A DNA stretch of 64,000 bases from Lama glama (GCA_028534125.1 CM052817.1:14758001-14822000); one strand, 5' to 3'; counted from the first letter of the stretch, positions 14,217 through 27,294 are shown. The notes: generated by a model from the letters alone, not told the origin. Translations and numbers: made by a program.

Positions 14217-14930
14217 AGATAGACATGCACCCCAATGTTCATAGCAGCGTTATATACAATAGCCAAGACATGGAAACAACCTACATGTCCACCGACAGCT
14301 GACTGGATAAAGACGTTGTGATATATTTATATAATGGAATACTACTTAGCCATAAAAAAGAATAAAATAATGTCATTTGCTGCAACATGGATGGACTTGG
14401 AAAATGTCATTCTAAGTGAAGTAAGCCAAAAAGAGAAAGAAAAATACCACATGATATCACTTATATGCAGAATGTAAAGAAAGAAAAGAAAAGAAAGAAA
14501 AGGAAGGAAGGAAGGAAAGAAAGAAAGAAAAGGGAGGGAGGGAGGAAAGGGAAGGAAGGAAGGAAGGAAGGAAGAAAGAAAGAAAGAAAGAAAGAACGAA
14601 CCAAACTTACTTATAAAACAGAAACAGACTCACAGACATAGAAAACAAACTTATAGTTACCGGAGGAGGGGAAGATGTGGGAAGGGATAAATTGGGAACT
14701 CAAGATTTGCAGATACTAATACATACATAATAGATAAACAACAAGTTTATACTATATAGCACAGGGAACTGTATAAAATATCTTGTAGCAACCTCTAATG
14801 AAGAATATGAAAAGGAATATATATATGTATATGTATGACTGAAACATTAATGTTGTACACCAGAAAGTGACACAACATTGTTAACTGACTATACTTCAAT
14901 TAAAAAAAAAAAAGAAAAAATGAAAAAAAA
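14217..14930 (+). mobile_element. LINE-1 3' end (ORF2 C-terminus and 3'UTR)
   Basis: catgcaccccaatgttcatagcagc...aatggaatactac...gcaacatggatggac, L1 3'UTR and poly(A); interrupted by a purine microsatellite. Confidence 0.92.
14477..14596 (+). repeat. Compound (GAAA)n/(GGAA)n/(GGGA)n microsatellite
   Basis: About 120 bp pure purine tract directly visible inside the L1. Confidence 0.95.
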
Positions 14931-15330
14931 TTGTTTAAATACACAGATAAGACAGGAAAATGGCAAGATTTTAAATCATTCATAGAAAGGGGCCTCAATT
15001 TTTAGGGTATTTATAATACATAGTGTGAACGTATTCATAACTTGGAAGTCATCTATAGATTATGACAGCTGGCAAAGCCAACAGTACTGATGTTATTAAC
15101 ATAAGAGGGTTGCAACCATCTACTACTAAGCAAATCAAATTACTCTACGATATACTGCCTTCTAAGTCATTTACATTAAATATTCTATTTTTCTACCATG
15201 GACCTGGCTAGATAAACTTCTGATAGTTATTAGAAAGCCAATTTTTTATCGTGTTAAATTTTAAAGTAGGTTAACAGTTGCTTATAAAAGGAATAGTGCA
15301 AACTCATAAGCCAGGAATTCAAATACTTAC

Positions 15331-15402
15331 AATCTTTTTAGTGATGACAGTCCCCAAAAGGCACCTGGATCTATACTACTAATAAGATTGTTTCGGAGGT
15401 CC
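15331..15402 (-). CDS. ADGRA3: ADGRA3 coding exon 3 (LRR)
   Basis: 72 nt, aacag|G...TT|gtaagt; encodes DLRNNLISSIDPGAFWGLSSLKR(L). Confidence 0.97.
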
Positions 15403-15614
15403 CTGTTAAAAATTAAATAAAAGTTATCTGCATGTCAACACTGTAAGAAATATTTAGGTATACTGCACTTACCTGCTATATAGAAAACAACACAGTAATA
15501 ATGGGAGACTGGAGACAAAAGGTTAAGTCAAAATCACCCCAGCAGTTAAGAGGCAGAGCAAGAATTCAAAATCAAGAAATCTGGTTCCAAAGTCACTTGT
15601 TTTGGTCAACATAA

Positions 15615-15810
15615 GAATACAGATAAAAAGCAACAAGGTCCTACTGTACAGCACAGGGAACTATATTCAATACCTTCTAATTGCCTTCTTTAATAGCCAT
15701 TCTTTAATGAAAAAGAATATAAAAATGAATATGTATGCATACAACTGAATCACCACGCTGTACACCAGAAATAAACATTGTAAACTGACTGTACTTCAAT
15801 TAAAAAAAGT
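15615..15810 (+). mobile_element. LINE-1 3'UTR fragment
   Basis: aacaaggtcctactgtacagcacagggaactatattcaa...tgtacaccagaa...aactgactgtacttcaattaaaaaaa, similar to the tail at 14740-14912. Confidence 0.85.
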
Positions 15811-15949
15811 GAAATAAAGATATGTCAAAAAAGATATGTATCCTAGTATTACTCCAATTCAAAGTTATGACTAAGCTACAATCTTATAGATTATTTCTAC
15901 AATCTCTTCCTTAGTTTGCTATACTTTCACTTATCAAAAAAAATCAGAC

Positions 15950-16027
15950 ACAGTGTAACTGACTATAGACACATTATAACTGACTATACATCAATAAAAA
16001 AATAACAAAACATAAATGACCAACTGG
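15950..16027 (+). mobile_element. Very short L1 3'-terminal insertion with TSD
   Basis: acattataactgactatacatcaataaaaaa flanked by direct repeat AAAAAAAATCAGAC (about 15936-15949 and 16029-16042). Confidence 0.65.
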
Positions 16028-16258
16028 AAAAAAAAATCAGACTGTATTTGTTACAGGCATAATGAAACTGAGTTTTTTAAACCATTTTCAAAAATACACA
16101 CTCAAAAATTCATGGCACTTGATTGTTCATATTTTTTCCTCCCTGAGCTTCTACAGCTAGGTTTTCTATATAACAACAACATGATAATTCACTATATAGC
16201 TCAAAGCAAAGATCCACCAGCCCCCTATGCAGTGGCATCTGATAGTGGTCACAACCGA

Positions 16259-17066
16259 CAGCAGCCCCCTTTATCTACCGGGGATACATTCCAAGATCCC
16301 CAGTGGATGCCTGAAACGGAAAATAGTACCAAACCCTATACGTACTGTTTTTCCCAATACATACGTACCTATGATAAAGTGTAATCTATAAATGAGGCAC
16401 AGTAAGAGACCATCAACAGTGACTAGTTAAACAGAACAATTATAACAATATACTGTAATAAAAGTTATATAAAATTGGTCTCTCTCAAAGTATCTTATTG
16501 TACAAATGTAATGCCTTTTCCATCTTAACTAAGCGCTTATCACCCACTGTGGCCATAACTTTTGCAGTCCGAGGTACGACAGCAAAACTAGCACAGATTT
16601 TTTTCATTTTTCGCAATTTCACGGAGAGAAGATTCATTGTTACCATGGGTCTTAGCAACCTCAGCACACATTTTTTTTTTCTATCCTTATTAAGAACGTT
16701 CACCTTTTTATTAAAGGAGGCACCTCGCACAGCTTCTCTTCAGCATATCCGAATTGCCGGCATCTTGTCTGGTGCTTTGGGGCCATTATCAAGTAAAATG
16801 AGGGTGACTTGAACACAAGCACTTCACTCCCTGGACGGTCGATCTGATAACCGGCTTGGCTACTAAGTGACTAACAGGCAGAAGACGCTGGACAAAGGGC
16901 TGACTCATGTCCTGGCTGGGCTGACGTCAGATTCCCTCACACTATTCAGAATGGTGTGTAATTTTAAATGTATCAATTTTCCACTTCTGGAATTTTCCAT
17001 TTAATATTTTCCGACTGCCGCTGACCACGGGTAAACGAAACCGTGGACAGGGTGGCGCGATGACTG
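16259..17066. mobile_element. TcMar-Tigger DNA transposon (MER44/Tigger7-like) with transposase remnant
   Basis: Start cagcagccccctttatc...ggggatacattccaagatccccagtggatgcctgaaac. Minus-strand ORF 16485-16730 (KKICASFAVVPRTAKVMATVGDKRLVKMEKALHLY) resembles the Tigger N-terminal HTH region; degenerate right TIR. Confidence 0.85.
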
Positions 17067-18554
17067 TTCTCATTCTTCCCGTGTGCAGCCCTTCCATGTT
17101 AGCACACCGCCACTGGGGGCAGCAGTGAGCACCACAGTCAGGTCCCTCCATCAGCAGGGACCAGGGCCACCTGCAAAGAGGCTGCTGTCCTCTGGGCACC
17201 TGGGCTCAGCTGAGGACTCTCAAGTCGCCCCATGCCAAGTGTCCAGCTGACCTCTGTAGAGAGCTGACCATCAGCCACAAGAGCGCTTAGAAGCACAACA
17301 GGGGCTCCCTTTCCACATTCCTGGCCCACACTTCAGCTCTGCTAGACACCCAGGGTGGGCCCGTGTGTCAGGACTCACTCACAGCCTTGCCCACTGAAGG
17401 CCTGAGTGGGCTCTGGTCATCTCTCAGAGAGAGTCAGGTCAGACTCTGAACAGAAGCTGCTTCCAGCTTCCCTTCTCCTGGGAGTCCTTCCTGAACCGGG
17501 GAAACATTGCCCCTTCCACGTGTGAGCTTGTGGAGCCAACCCTCTTAATTATCCATCATTATCCTCATAATTATTCGGCTTAGGGATACACTCCAAGTTG
17601 GTAAAACAACAGAGAAACGCAGAGCAGTGCAATACAAGCCCGAGGTAGCAGGTACTTCACAGGGTCCTTCCGTCGCTCACTTACTTTGGCTGAGAATTAC
17701 AAGGCCCTTCTGAAAGTAGATCCTGGACCAGTGGGGCGCCTGTTACCACAACACGAGGGGACATGTCTCTGGGGTCTTTTATAACTGCTGCCCCATCATG
17801 GGCATTCTAGTCCGTGAGAAGCAACCTGAATTACTGAAGAGAAAAATCCTCAGTTCACTTTCTCAAGCATCCAACTTGCCTACTTGTGCTTAAGAAAAGG
17901 ACCCAGAGGAAGCCTCACTGCCGTGAGCACAGGCCCACACGCGTTTCCCTCCCATCGAGTTAGGGAGGCGGGTTCAACTCTACCGACCACCGGCTAATGA
18001 AAACGAGCTGCTTGCTGTTCGGCCTGCTCTGCCACATGCTATTTTTTTCTCACAGCTCATTTTGTCAAAATAGACAAGCTGCAACGTTGGGGTTGGTTTC
18101 TGGACAGTTTCCTGGCAATTTCACAAGCACATCCTGATGAAACTGGCCCTCTGCTCATCACAGTGCCCATCAGTCACTGCCTGGAAACCCAGCCCTCCTG
18201 ATGTCCCACTGCCACGGGCTTCCCACACCATCCACGCCGCTTCACACAGGGTGATAGAGGCTGATCAGAAATTCTCGTCTCTGGAGGTGCAGCCACTGAA
18301 TCCTGTGCACGTAAACGTCACACCTGGCAGCAAATCCTGTTCTGCCTTCTTCATGTCTCGCTCTCATCCTAATATGTCAGGCATTCTTCATTAACTAGTG
18401 GTGGAATTCCACCCCCGCCCCCCAAATCAGTCAGGTTCTTCTACATAAAACTGAACCCCCTGGTACCTTGCAATTCTTTAAACAAAGGAAATGATCATTA
18501 AACACAGTATAAAGTCTATGCTCCGATTATCATGACTAAAGAGGTATTTCATTG

Positions 18555-18881
18555 ATCAGAACTCAGATTTTATATTCCACACAGAAGATGTGTGTGGCGC
18601 CTTTGGGAGGTGATCAGGTCCTGAGAGCAGAGACTTAATGGATGAGCTTAATGCCCCTGTAAAAGAGACCCCAGAGAGCCCCGCCTCCCCACCCCTTCCA
18701 CCACATAAGTGAAGTTGCAGCAAAAACACTGCCAACTAGGTGGGCCCTCACCAGACACCAAATCTGCCGGAGCCTTGACTTAGCACTTCCCAGCCTCCAG
18801 AACTGTGAGAAATAAATGTCCCTTGTTTATAAGCCACTCAGCTTATAGTATCTTGTTATAGCAGCCAGAATGGGCTTAGAC
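18555..18881 (+). mobile_element. MaLR LTR (MLT1A/MST-like)
   Basis: cctttgggaggtgatcaggtc...cccagcctccagaactgtgagaaataaatgt...ttgttatagcagcc...agaca. Confidence 0.85.
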
Positions 18882-20933
18882 AGATGATAAATGCATGAAA
18901 AAGTCAACCGTGGCTGAGAGGCAGAATTACATTACCTGACCTTTACTATAAAAATCTTTTTAGTAAATTATAGTTAACAAAATCATTAGGATATTCATAG
19001 CCAGACAGTGTAGAGACTGCTGCATCTCATTCATAACCACTTACATTTCTCAGTAAAGACAGAGGGTCATGATGTCTGCGACTGACCTTCAAATGATGCA
19101 GCAAACATGTGTATGTGTAAGCTTATTCCAATGTAAATAATAATGGCAAATTGCTACAAATTATTAGGTAAGTAAATTGTTTTTTCCATTTTTCTGTATG
19201 CTGAAATTTTTAATAAAAATTATTTTTGTTCCCAACTTTTTTAAGTCCCAGGAATTACAACTAATCACCAGGCCCAATTTATTAATTCCCATCTCCTCTC
19301 CCCAAGTGACCCCAATCCTATCCCTCAAAGAGGTAAGATGATTTAAGGAGAAAATTCAATGTGTCTTTGATTGATATTACGTAAGCAAAAAAGTTTCGCA
19401 AAAAGAAATATATAATGTCAGTTTCATTTTTTAAAAATATATGTTTCCCTTTTCAGATTTTAAACAGAATCTACAAGAAGTGATTTAGCTAAAACAGTAC
19501 ATAAATTTGTGGTCAATGATGTACTGCATGTGTTTCTACAAAATACCTCTTATAAATAACCGAGGACTGTAATATGATTTAAAGATACACTTTTCCTTCA
19601 GGAATAAAAAATCCTTGACATATTATATAATATTTAATAATAGCCATATTAATCAGGCATTGCCAAAAGATATTTATAGTCAGATTCTCTCATTTAACAT
19701 CCCCTCCGCCTTCCCTTCACCAACCCAAAGCTTCCCTAGTGAACATGAGTCTAATGTCAGGATATATAGCTAAATCTGAATATGCTGCCTCATTAAAATA
19801 CAAATGAACTGCTTAAACAAAATTAAAGGACTATCTTAACAGTTGATGAAAAGGGCTAAGTTCTTCAGGAAAGAATGCAAAGTCTATCAGCTAAGATGCT
19901 CTTTAACTGCAAGTATCAGAAATCTTTACTTCAAAGGGCTTTAACAATAAAGAACGTAGTCTCAGGCATTAGACAAAATTGAGACGCTTAAGTGGGTGGT
20001 TCCATCCATCTCTCAGATCCACCCTCTCAGATCCACCTTTCTCAGAATGCCAAATCTGCCTTCAGGCTGACCCTTAATCACGCTATGACATCCCAGGTTC
20101 AAAAATCACCTCGAAGCACAAAGTCATGAAAAAGAACGGACACTCTCTTTGTATCTCCTGAGGAGCTAAGAAATCTTTCTCTGAGCCTCACAGCTAACTA
20201 CTGCCCATCTCTTCTTGGCAATAACTCTGTCAATCGCTAAAGAGATACTGCGGTGACTGAGACCCACCATTTGGAGAGGAATGAAGATTGAGAAATCAAA
20301 CACATTAACCACGATGCAATTCTAGTGTCAGGAATTAGAGCATGTAACAGGGGAGATGCATCACTAAATACTGACAAATACATAACACAAGCCAAGAACG
20401 ACAATAAAAAATGAAGAGGGAGGAAGGATAAATGGGTGGATGGATTCATGAACAAGGCTGAGGACTGGAAACCCCATGCCTGGCTTCCTGAACAATGCCT
20501 AAGAGACAGCCACTTTTAAAGGCTATTTGTTAGATAAAGGATCCTCCCCTTATTTATCCAAGCAGTAACATGTGATGCTCAGCCCAAACCCACCTCTTCT
20601 CCTTCTCACACTACACGTGCTCTGAGGCAGCCTTATCACCACCCAGTCTCTAGGCTCAAAATTGTATCTCTAGCCCAAACTGACCACTCCTCTGAGCTCC
20701 CTATTGCACACACAGCTGTCTAACTCAACATCTACATCTGGACGTCTCACAGCCACCTCAAAAATCAACACAGTCCAAGTTCAATGCAGTATCAGAAACT
20801 CTCATCTGTGCTTCATCAACAGCCCCCCGCCTCCACCCCCAGCCAGTGATACTGACGCACATCAAGTTGGATAACTGCCCGTCCAGGCGAGGACACTCTG
20901 GTTTCCTAGACAGAAGTTACGGATTTTAATCTT

Positions 20934-20986
20934 AGATGTGGCACATACATGTACAATGGAATACTACTCTGTCAGAAAAAATGAAA
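20934..20986 (+). mobile_element. L1 fragment running into an assembly gap
   Basis: gatgtggcacatacatgtacaatggaatactactc matches the L1 ORF2 3' end (WHIHxMEYYS). Confidence 0.75.
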
Positions 20987-21486
20987 NNNNNNNNNNNNNN
21001 NNNNNNNNNNNNNNNNNNNNNNNNNNNNNNNNNNNNNNNNNNNNNNNNNNNNNNNNNNNNNNNNNNNNNNNNNNNNNNNNNNNNNNNNNNNNNNNNNNNN
21101 NNNNNNNNNNNNNNNNNNNNNNNNNNNNNNNNNNNNNNNNNNNNNNNNNNNNNNNNNNNNNNNNNNNNNNNNNNNNNNNNNNNNNNNNNNNNNNNNNNNN
21201 NNNNNNNNNNNNNNNNNNNNNNNNNNNNNNNNNNNNNNNNNNNNNNNNNNNNNNNNNNNNNNNNNNNNNNNNNNNNNNNNNNNNNNNNNNNNNNNNNNNN
21301 NNNNNNNNNNNNNNNNNNNNNNNNNNNNNNNNNNNNNNNNNNNNNNNNNNNNNNNNNNNNNNNNNNNNNNNNNNNNNNNNNNNNNNNNNNNNNNNNNNNN
21401 NNNNNNNNNNNNNNNNNNNNNNNNNNNNNNNNNNNNNNNNNNNNNNNNNNNNNNNNNNNNNNNNNNNNNNNNNNNNNNNNNNNNNN
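20987..21486. other. Assembly gap (500 N)
   Basis: Run of N; the round length suggests a placeholder size. Confidence 0.99.
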
Positions 21487-22050
21487 TATTAACTTGCCTG
21501 CTATGTTTAGTGTGTTTCTCCCCATTACAACATAAGCTCCATGAAGACAGGACCTTTGTTGTGTTCATTAATAAATCCCAAGCCTAGGACAACGTGGGCA
21601 ATTAATAATTACCTGCTGAACAAATTTAAATTAGCTACTCAGCAAAGCATTAATAACAGCTGAGGCAATATTTGTACCAAGCCTTGATATTAGGCCAATT
21701 ATCTTTCTAATGGTTTTAATTAACATGACACAATAAATCTACATCAGTTACCTGCCCCATGCACTTCTAAAAGAACGCAAACTCATCTTTCAAAAAGGTG
21801 GACCATAACTAGGAAACTGGTTTCCAAAATGTCATAAAGATTTAGGTATTATATCCTAAAAATAAAAATTCCAAATCCTAAATTAAAGAAAAATTAAATC
21901 TAAACATTCCAATTTAGAAAAAAGCGCACACACTCTGCTAGTTTCTTATAAGGGACAAAAGCAAATACAAATGATGGAAAACAAGGCAGCTCCCCAATGA
22001 AAACCAAACATTTAGGAGAACAAATTGGTAAGCCTAAGGAAAAAGGATCC

Positions 22051-22163
22051 TTGGAGGGGTGGAGGGGACAGCTCAGTGGGAGAACACGTGCTTAGCGTGC
22101 ACAAGGTCTTGGGTTCAACCCCCAGTGCCTCCGTCAAGGGGGGAAAAGAAAGAAAGAAAGAAC
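22051..22163 (+). mobile_element. tRNA-derived SINE (camelid Vic-1-like)
   Basis: A box cagctcagtgg, B box ggttcaacccc, (GAAA)n tail, TSD AAGGATCC (22043-22050 and 22164-22171). Confidence 0.85.
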
Positions 22164-22599
22164 AAGGATCCATTCTACACGGAGTCTGTAGGAGTGTGTG
22201 CACCCAGATCTGTTTCACTTTGTGAAACAATGGATTCAGAAAAAGAGAGAAAGAGAAAATTAATCCTGTTAAGAAGTTTATTTTTCAACCCAGAAGAACA
22301 GGAGGCAGCCTGGCCTACGGACTTCCTCCATCTCTGGGGCATGTTTGCTGGCCGGCTCAAGCCAGCCCTTACCGTTCTGCCCGGTCCCCATTTTCCACTA
22401 CTAAGCCCACCCCGTATTCTGCATGGCCTGGCTACAGTCATTGTAAGTCCAGGGCTCTAAAGTTTGAATAATTCCTTGATCTACCACTCACTTTTTACAC
22501 CCTATCCCATTCCGCTGTATTTTGAAGTTGTTTGCTTTGTTCATTCCCGCTTTCAGGAGTCTCTGACTAGCCAAAGCTGGGCTGCAAACATCTAGCTGG

Positions 22600-22900
22600 T
22601 CGTGTCTCTTAGGTGGAATTCTCCCAGACAGGGTGTCAATGCAAGTGGCTTTATTTGGGAGGGGACCTTGGGACGCATCAGTGGGAAAGTGAGGAAGGGC
22701 GACCAGACAGAGAAGGGGACCAACTAAGGGGGATCTGTTGAGGCGATCTCCACGGTGGTCAGCTGTGACTCAGCCCCCGGGGACCTGTGGCAGGCAGCCT
22801 AGAACTCGCTCTGGGGCGCCCCTCCTGAGAGGTGAGGGAGTCGGGGTGGGGACCCGCCATCTGCTCTCAGTCACCGTCTGAGGGCTGCCGAGGCCGGGCT
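22600..22900 (-). mobile_element. ERVL LTR (LTR33-like)
   Basis: tgtctcttaggtgga...gcaagtggctttatttgggagg...agtgggaaagtgag. Confidence 0.5.
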
Positions 22901-23719
22901 GGGGGAGCGGGGCGGCCTTCATTCCAGTGCTGGAGCGGAGAAAGCGCTCAGGTTTCACATTTGGAAGATTTAAGGAGAGACACACAGGAACGGCGAGTGT
23001 GGAAGAATACCGTCTGCTACGCTGTTTTCAAGTAATTTTGAAAAATTTGAAAATGATGTCATTTAAAACAACATTAAGTCATTTATTTGGCTAGCTATGT
23101 CTTGAGCTGGGTTCCCCACAAGCAGCCCAGGTCACTTCTCAGGCACCCACTGGCCACCAGCAGGCTCCTGGAGAAGGAGCCCTGTCCCCGCTGACAACCC
23201 AGGGGCTGTCCTGCTGCTCCCCTGGGAAACTGCACCAGACGGTCCTCACCCTACGCCTCAACAGCTACATGGCCAGTTCTTCTCCTCTGTATCATGCTGG
23301 GTCTTGAAAAATTTGATTTTTGTTCCCTAGGAAAGAGGCCTCAGATGGTCCTTGTCCTTGGATCGAGAACCTTACATGGGCTCTATATGGTCTTCTCCCT
23401 GTCTCCCCCTCATCCCGCGCAGGGATGGGAAGGCGGGCAAAGACGGAGCCCGTTGCTGGGGACCCACCATCTTGTAAGCTCTTCCTACGCTGCCTCCGAC
23501 CCTGCAGTGAGCCCACAGAACGTGCATCTAGGTGGGCAGGAATCCTCTTTTTTTTTTCAAACCTCCTTTCTACACTTGGACTAGGACTTGAGGAACTCAC
23601 TCATCAAAAAAAAACCTGAGTGCTTTTCTTCTGTTCTTCCATCCCTTCTCCTGAGGCAGAGTAATCAGAGAACAGGCAGGGAAAACTCACATCGGTTCAT
23701 CAAAATGCTACAGCAGGCA

Positions 23720-24123
23720 CAGGAATCGTGTCCCTCCCCAAATTCCCACGTTGAAGTCCTCGCCTCCTACACCCCAAAACGTGACTGTATTTGGAGCCAG
23801 AGGCTTTTAAGAGGTAATTAAGTTAGAATGAAGTCATATGGGTGGGCCCTCATCCAGTAGGACCAGTGTCCTTACAAGAAGAGGAGATTAGGACACAGAC
23901 ACACAGACTCAGTGAAGACACCAGGGGAAGACAGATGGCAATCCTATAAGCCAAGGAGGGAAGCCTGAAACAGATCCTTCTCTCACATTCCTCGGAAGAC
24001 ACCAGCCCTGCTAGAGCCCTGACCCTTAACTTTCAGCCTCCAGAAGGGCGAGGAAACGAACGTTTGTTACGTAAGCCAGCCAGTCTGTGGTCCTCTTTAC
24101 AGCAGCCCTAGCAGACCAGCACA
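23720..24123 (+). mobile_element. MaLR LTR (MLT1B-like)
   Basis: gtgtccctccccaaattc...gtgactgtatttggag...gggtgggccctcatcca...cagcctccagaa...tacagcagccctagcagac. Confidence 0.85.
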
Positions 24124-26869
24124 ACCCCTGGACTCACACAGACTGTGCCTGAAACAGACAGCGCCCCACACGGTCCTCAACTCCCTGCAGTCCTGGAAGA
24201 GAAGCCACCTGGGTACAGCATGGATGGTGTGAGATCCAGAAGCAAACGAGAGCCCACGAGGAGACCTTTTTGTGACGAAGATCACAGAAGAGTACACTGC
24301 AGGGTCGACACAAGGAAGAGAGATTCTCCGGGTTCAGTCACAGGACGAGGACAGCAGTGCCCGGAGGCAGAGCAGGTCAGATAGCGTGGTAACCAGGGAG
24401 GGAGGGAAGATGAAACGCACGACGAAAACAGAAGCAGGAGCTGAGAGACTATTCAAGGAGCTGGCGTGGGAAGCACTAAACCTACAGAGGCTTTAAAATG
24501 ACCAAACCAAATCAGAGCATGGCAGCACGGTAGAAACTACAAACGCGAGAAAGCGGTGCTGGGCCCGAGGGGAAGGAAAGCCCCGGCCCCCTCCACCCCT
24601 TCCTCTCCAACACCCCACTTCCACGCCCAGGAGGGAGAATGGGGCAGTGCCAGGGAAGGGCTAGAGGCCATTAACCAGCCCTTGGCAGTGAGCTCCCAGC
24701 AAAAGGGTCAAGCAACTGGCTACGGGATCTCTTGGGCCCATCTGTGCTCTGAGAATGAAGTGAAGCAAAGGCCAGGGGCATTTCCACGCGAGGCCGCTGG
24801 GACCTTTCGAGCCTCTGGTCCCAGCAGGAACCCGGGGGAGTAAGGCTCATGCCCACAGAGGAGGGCTCTACCGAGAAGGTGCGTCCTCTGTGACGCCTGC
24901 CCCCTCTCCTTCCTTCTTGGGGCCAAGTCTTCCAAGACCGCAGTAAGAGCCTCACCGTTTCATCCCTTTTCCTTCTTTGTGGCATGTGCTGTTCTCCTGC
25001 GGAGACAGTGTGGGAGGCAGCTCCCCCCGGGCGTGCACGGCCTCCCTCACGCTGCAGGAGTCAGGCGGAGATTCAGGTCTGGGCTTTGAAGTGGACTTGG
25101 AAACTGCTGAGCTTAGGGCCTGCTTAGGTGAAGATGTTCCCCAACAGAGGAGGCCCAGTCCCAGGGTCATCACTGGGGTTTTAGGCTGAAGCCCCTATTA
25201 ATACAGTCGTCTTTCAAAGTTCCCTGTGTGTGTGAATATATTACGTACGTGCACATATACACACTCTGTACCTGTATGTGTGTGTCTCTCTCTAGTCCTA
25301 CAGAAGAGAGAGGCGGTGTTCTGGGATTCAGGTCTAAACAGGCCCCTGGCTTAAGAACAATGGCAGCATCTTAGTGTCATCTAACATGTTTGTGGCAACT
25401 TCATATGTTACTAACACGTGCAGGGATTTATTTTCAACAAACGGCTGAAAATCAGGTCAAAGACAGAGGAAATCAAAAAGAAAACGTAAAAGGACACTAA
25501 CTCCCACCACGACACAGAACGTTAGCCATGCTGTCCACACTTTTGATGAACGTGAACCACCATGGCAATCCTAGTGCCCAAGCAGCTCGTGTTTCTAAAC
25601 ACAGAGCAGGTGCCATTCAACCCCTTGGAGTGCTTGTCATCCTGCCTTTGGAAAGTGAACCCCCTAGTGATCCTGCAATTATTCTGAGCACCTCCTCTAG
25701 GCCTGACAATGTGCTCCATCCTAAGGATACCCGTTAGGCAGGATGACTTTTCCTACAAGGAACAGAACCCCGAATGGGAACGGGCTGCCTCAGTCAACTC
25801 TAACAGTCCAGAGGGGGTCGTGCCTCAGCCAGGTCCTCCCAGGGGCCTGCCCCACTCTCCTTCCTCAGTGTGTCAGCTCCCGTCCAAGCCAGAAGCAGGG
25901 TGGCTTCTGTATCAGAAGTGCAACCATCTTTTCTGATGATGGAGAGGCAATTCCTCTCCCCAAAGCCCCAAGCAAGTCTCGACTCAGTTAAATGGGGTCA
26001 AATGCCCATGCCTGAACCAGTGACCATGGAATGTGTGGACGGTCCTATCAAGGTAAGGTCTGGCAATGAGGTGTAGCCAGCAACCTGGACTGTGCAGAAC
26101 ACAACAGGAATACTTGAATGAAAACAGGAAAATAAATCTGAGAGTTAAGCACTGCTGTGCCAAGATCATTTTATCTGTGTGTGCATATATATGTGTGGGT
26201 ATACATATAAATACACAAATGTGAATGTACTGCTGTATGTGCAAATGCATATATATAATCTAACTTAAAGACATTTGGTCCCAACGAAAAGAACGGAGAC
26301 ATGTACAAAAGCATGAAGAACTCTACATGCTAAATGCTTAAATAACACCTCTGTGATCAAAGCAATCAAGTCCTGTGGGAGTTGAACTGTGGGAGAAGAT
26401 ACTAAGTGAAATGGTCAAGGAAAGGCCACAGAGGAGTAGAGAAAGCAAAGCAGAGCAAAGGGAAATAAGGAAATGAGGAAATTCTGTCATTCAACAGAAA
26501 TGAAGATGTGCACTGTGTGGGCTAGCTCCCTGATGTATCTGAAATGTTATCCTCAATGCGTGAGTAATACGGGAAGTGGAAACATGATCTTAGAACAGCA
26601 TTCAGAATACAGCCAAATTAAATATCCAGCGTGTAAAATTCACCAAGGCAAAAAGTAAGTGCTACTTGTCACCCATCTGATCAGAAGCAGAACCAGACCT
26701 CACTGCTAAGCAAAACAAAACTATCACATTCAAAGACGGCTGAATAAAATACCAAAGTTTATCTAGAAGTTTCCCCCGGACATGTTTTTTAAATTCTACT
26801 TGACTATCTTATAAGGCATACACACTTCACAACACAATTTCAAAACAGCATTGAGGTTTTAAAAGCCAC

Positions 26870-27060
26870 TGGTCACCAAAGTATGGAGCATGGCCTGTTT
26901 TGTAAATGAAGTCACATCCACACTGATTCTTTTACGTATTGTCTATGGCTGCTTTCTCAAGACAACATAATTGAGTCACTATGACAAAGACCATATGGCC
27001 CACAAAGCCTAAATTATTTCATATCTAGCCCTTTACAGAAAAGTCTGCTGATGACTGCTT
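26870..27060. mobile_element. hAT-Charlie MITE (MER58A-like)
   Basis: cctgttttgtaaat...tattgtctatggctgcttt...gaccatatggcccacaaagcctaaa...ccctttacagaaaag. Confidence 0.75.
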
Positions 27061-27222
27061 TAACAAATTATTTTTTTAAATTCAACTCTTGAGATGTTTC
27101 ACAATAAAACATTGGGAAAAAATCAATTTTTATTTTGAAAAGTTGGGGGTTTATTAAAAGACTTACAATGAAAATTCATTAAATAAAATAACAGTAAGAG
27201 ATGATAACAAAAGGATACTCAC

Positions 27223-27294
27223 AATCTTTCAAGGAGACTTAACCCAGAAAATGAGCCATTCTTCAGCTCAGATATTTTATTGTTACTCAGAATC
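27223..27294 (-). CDS. ADGRA3: ADGRA3 coding exon 2 (LRR)
   Basis: 72 nt, ttttag|G...TT|gtgagt; encodes (L)ILSNNKISELKNGSFSGLSLLER(L); phase matches exon 1. Confidence 0.97.

Noticed and set aside
16485..16812. ORFs within the Tigger element as a domesticated transposase
   Set aside because: Short, apparently frameshifted N-terminal remnant with no DDE catalytic domain.
20010..20046. 14-bp tandem duplication ctctcagatccacc
   Set aside because: Ordinary slippage duplication inside an old MaLR-like remnant.
20932..21568. Long ORFs spanning the N run (likewise 59795-60397)
   Set aside because: Artefacts of translating assembly gaps.
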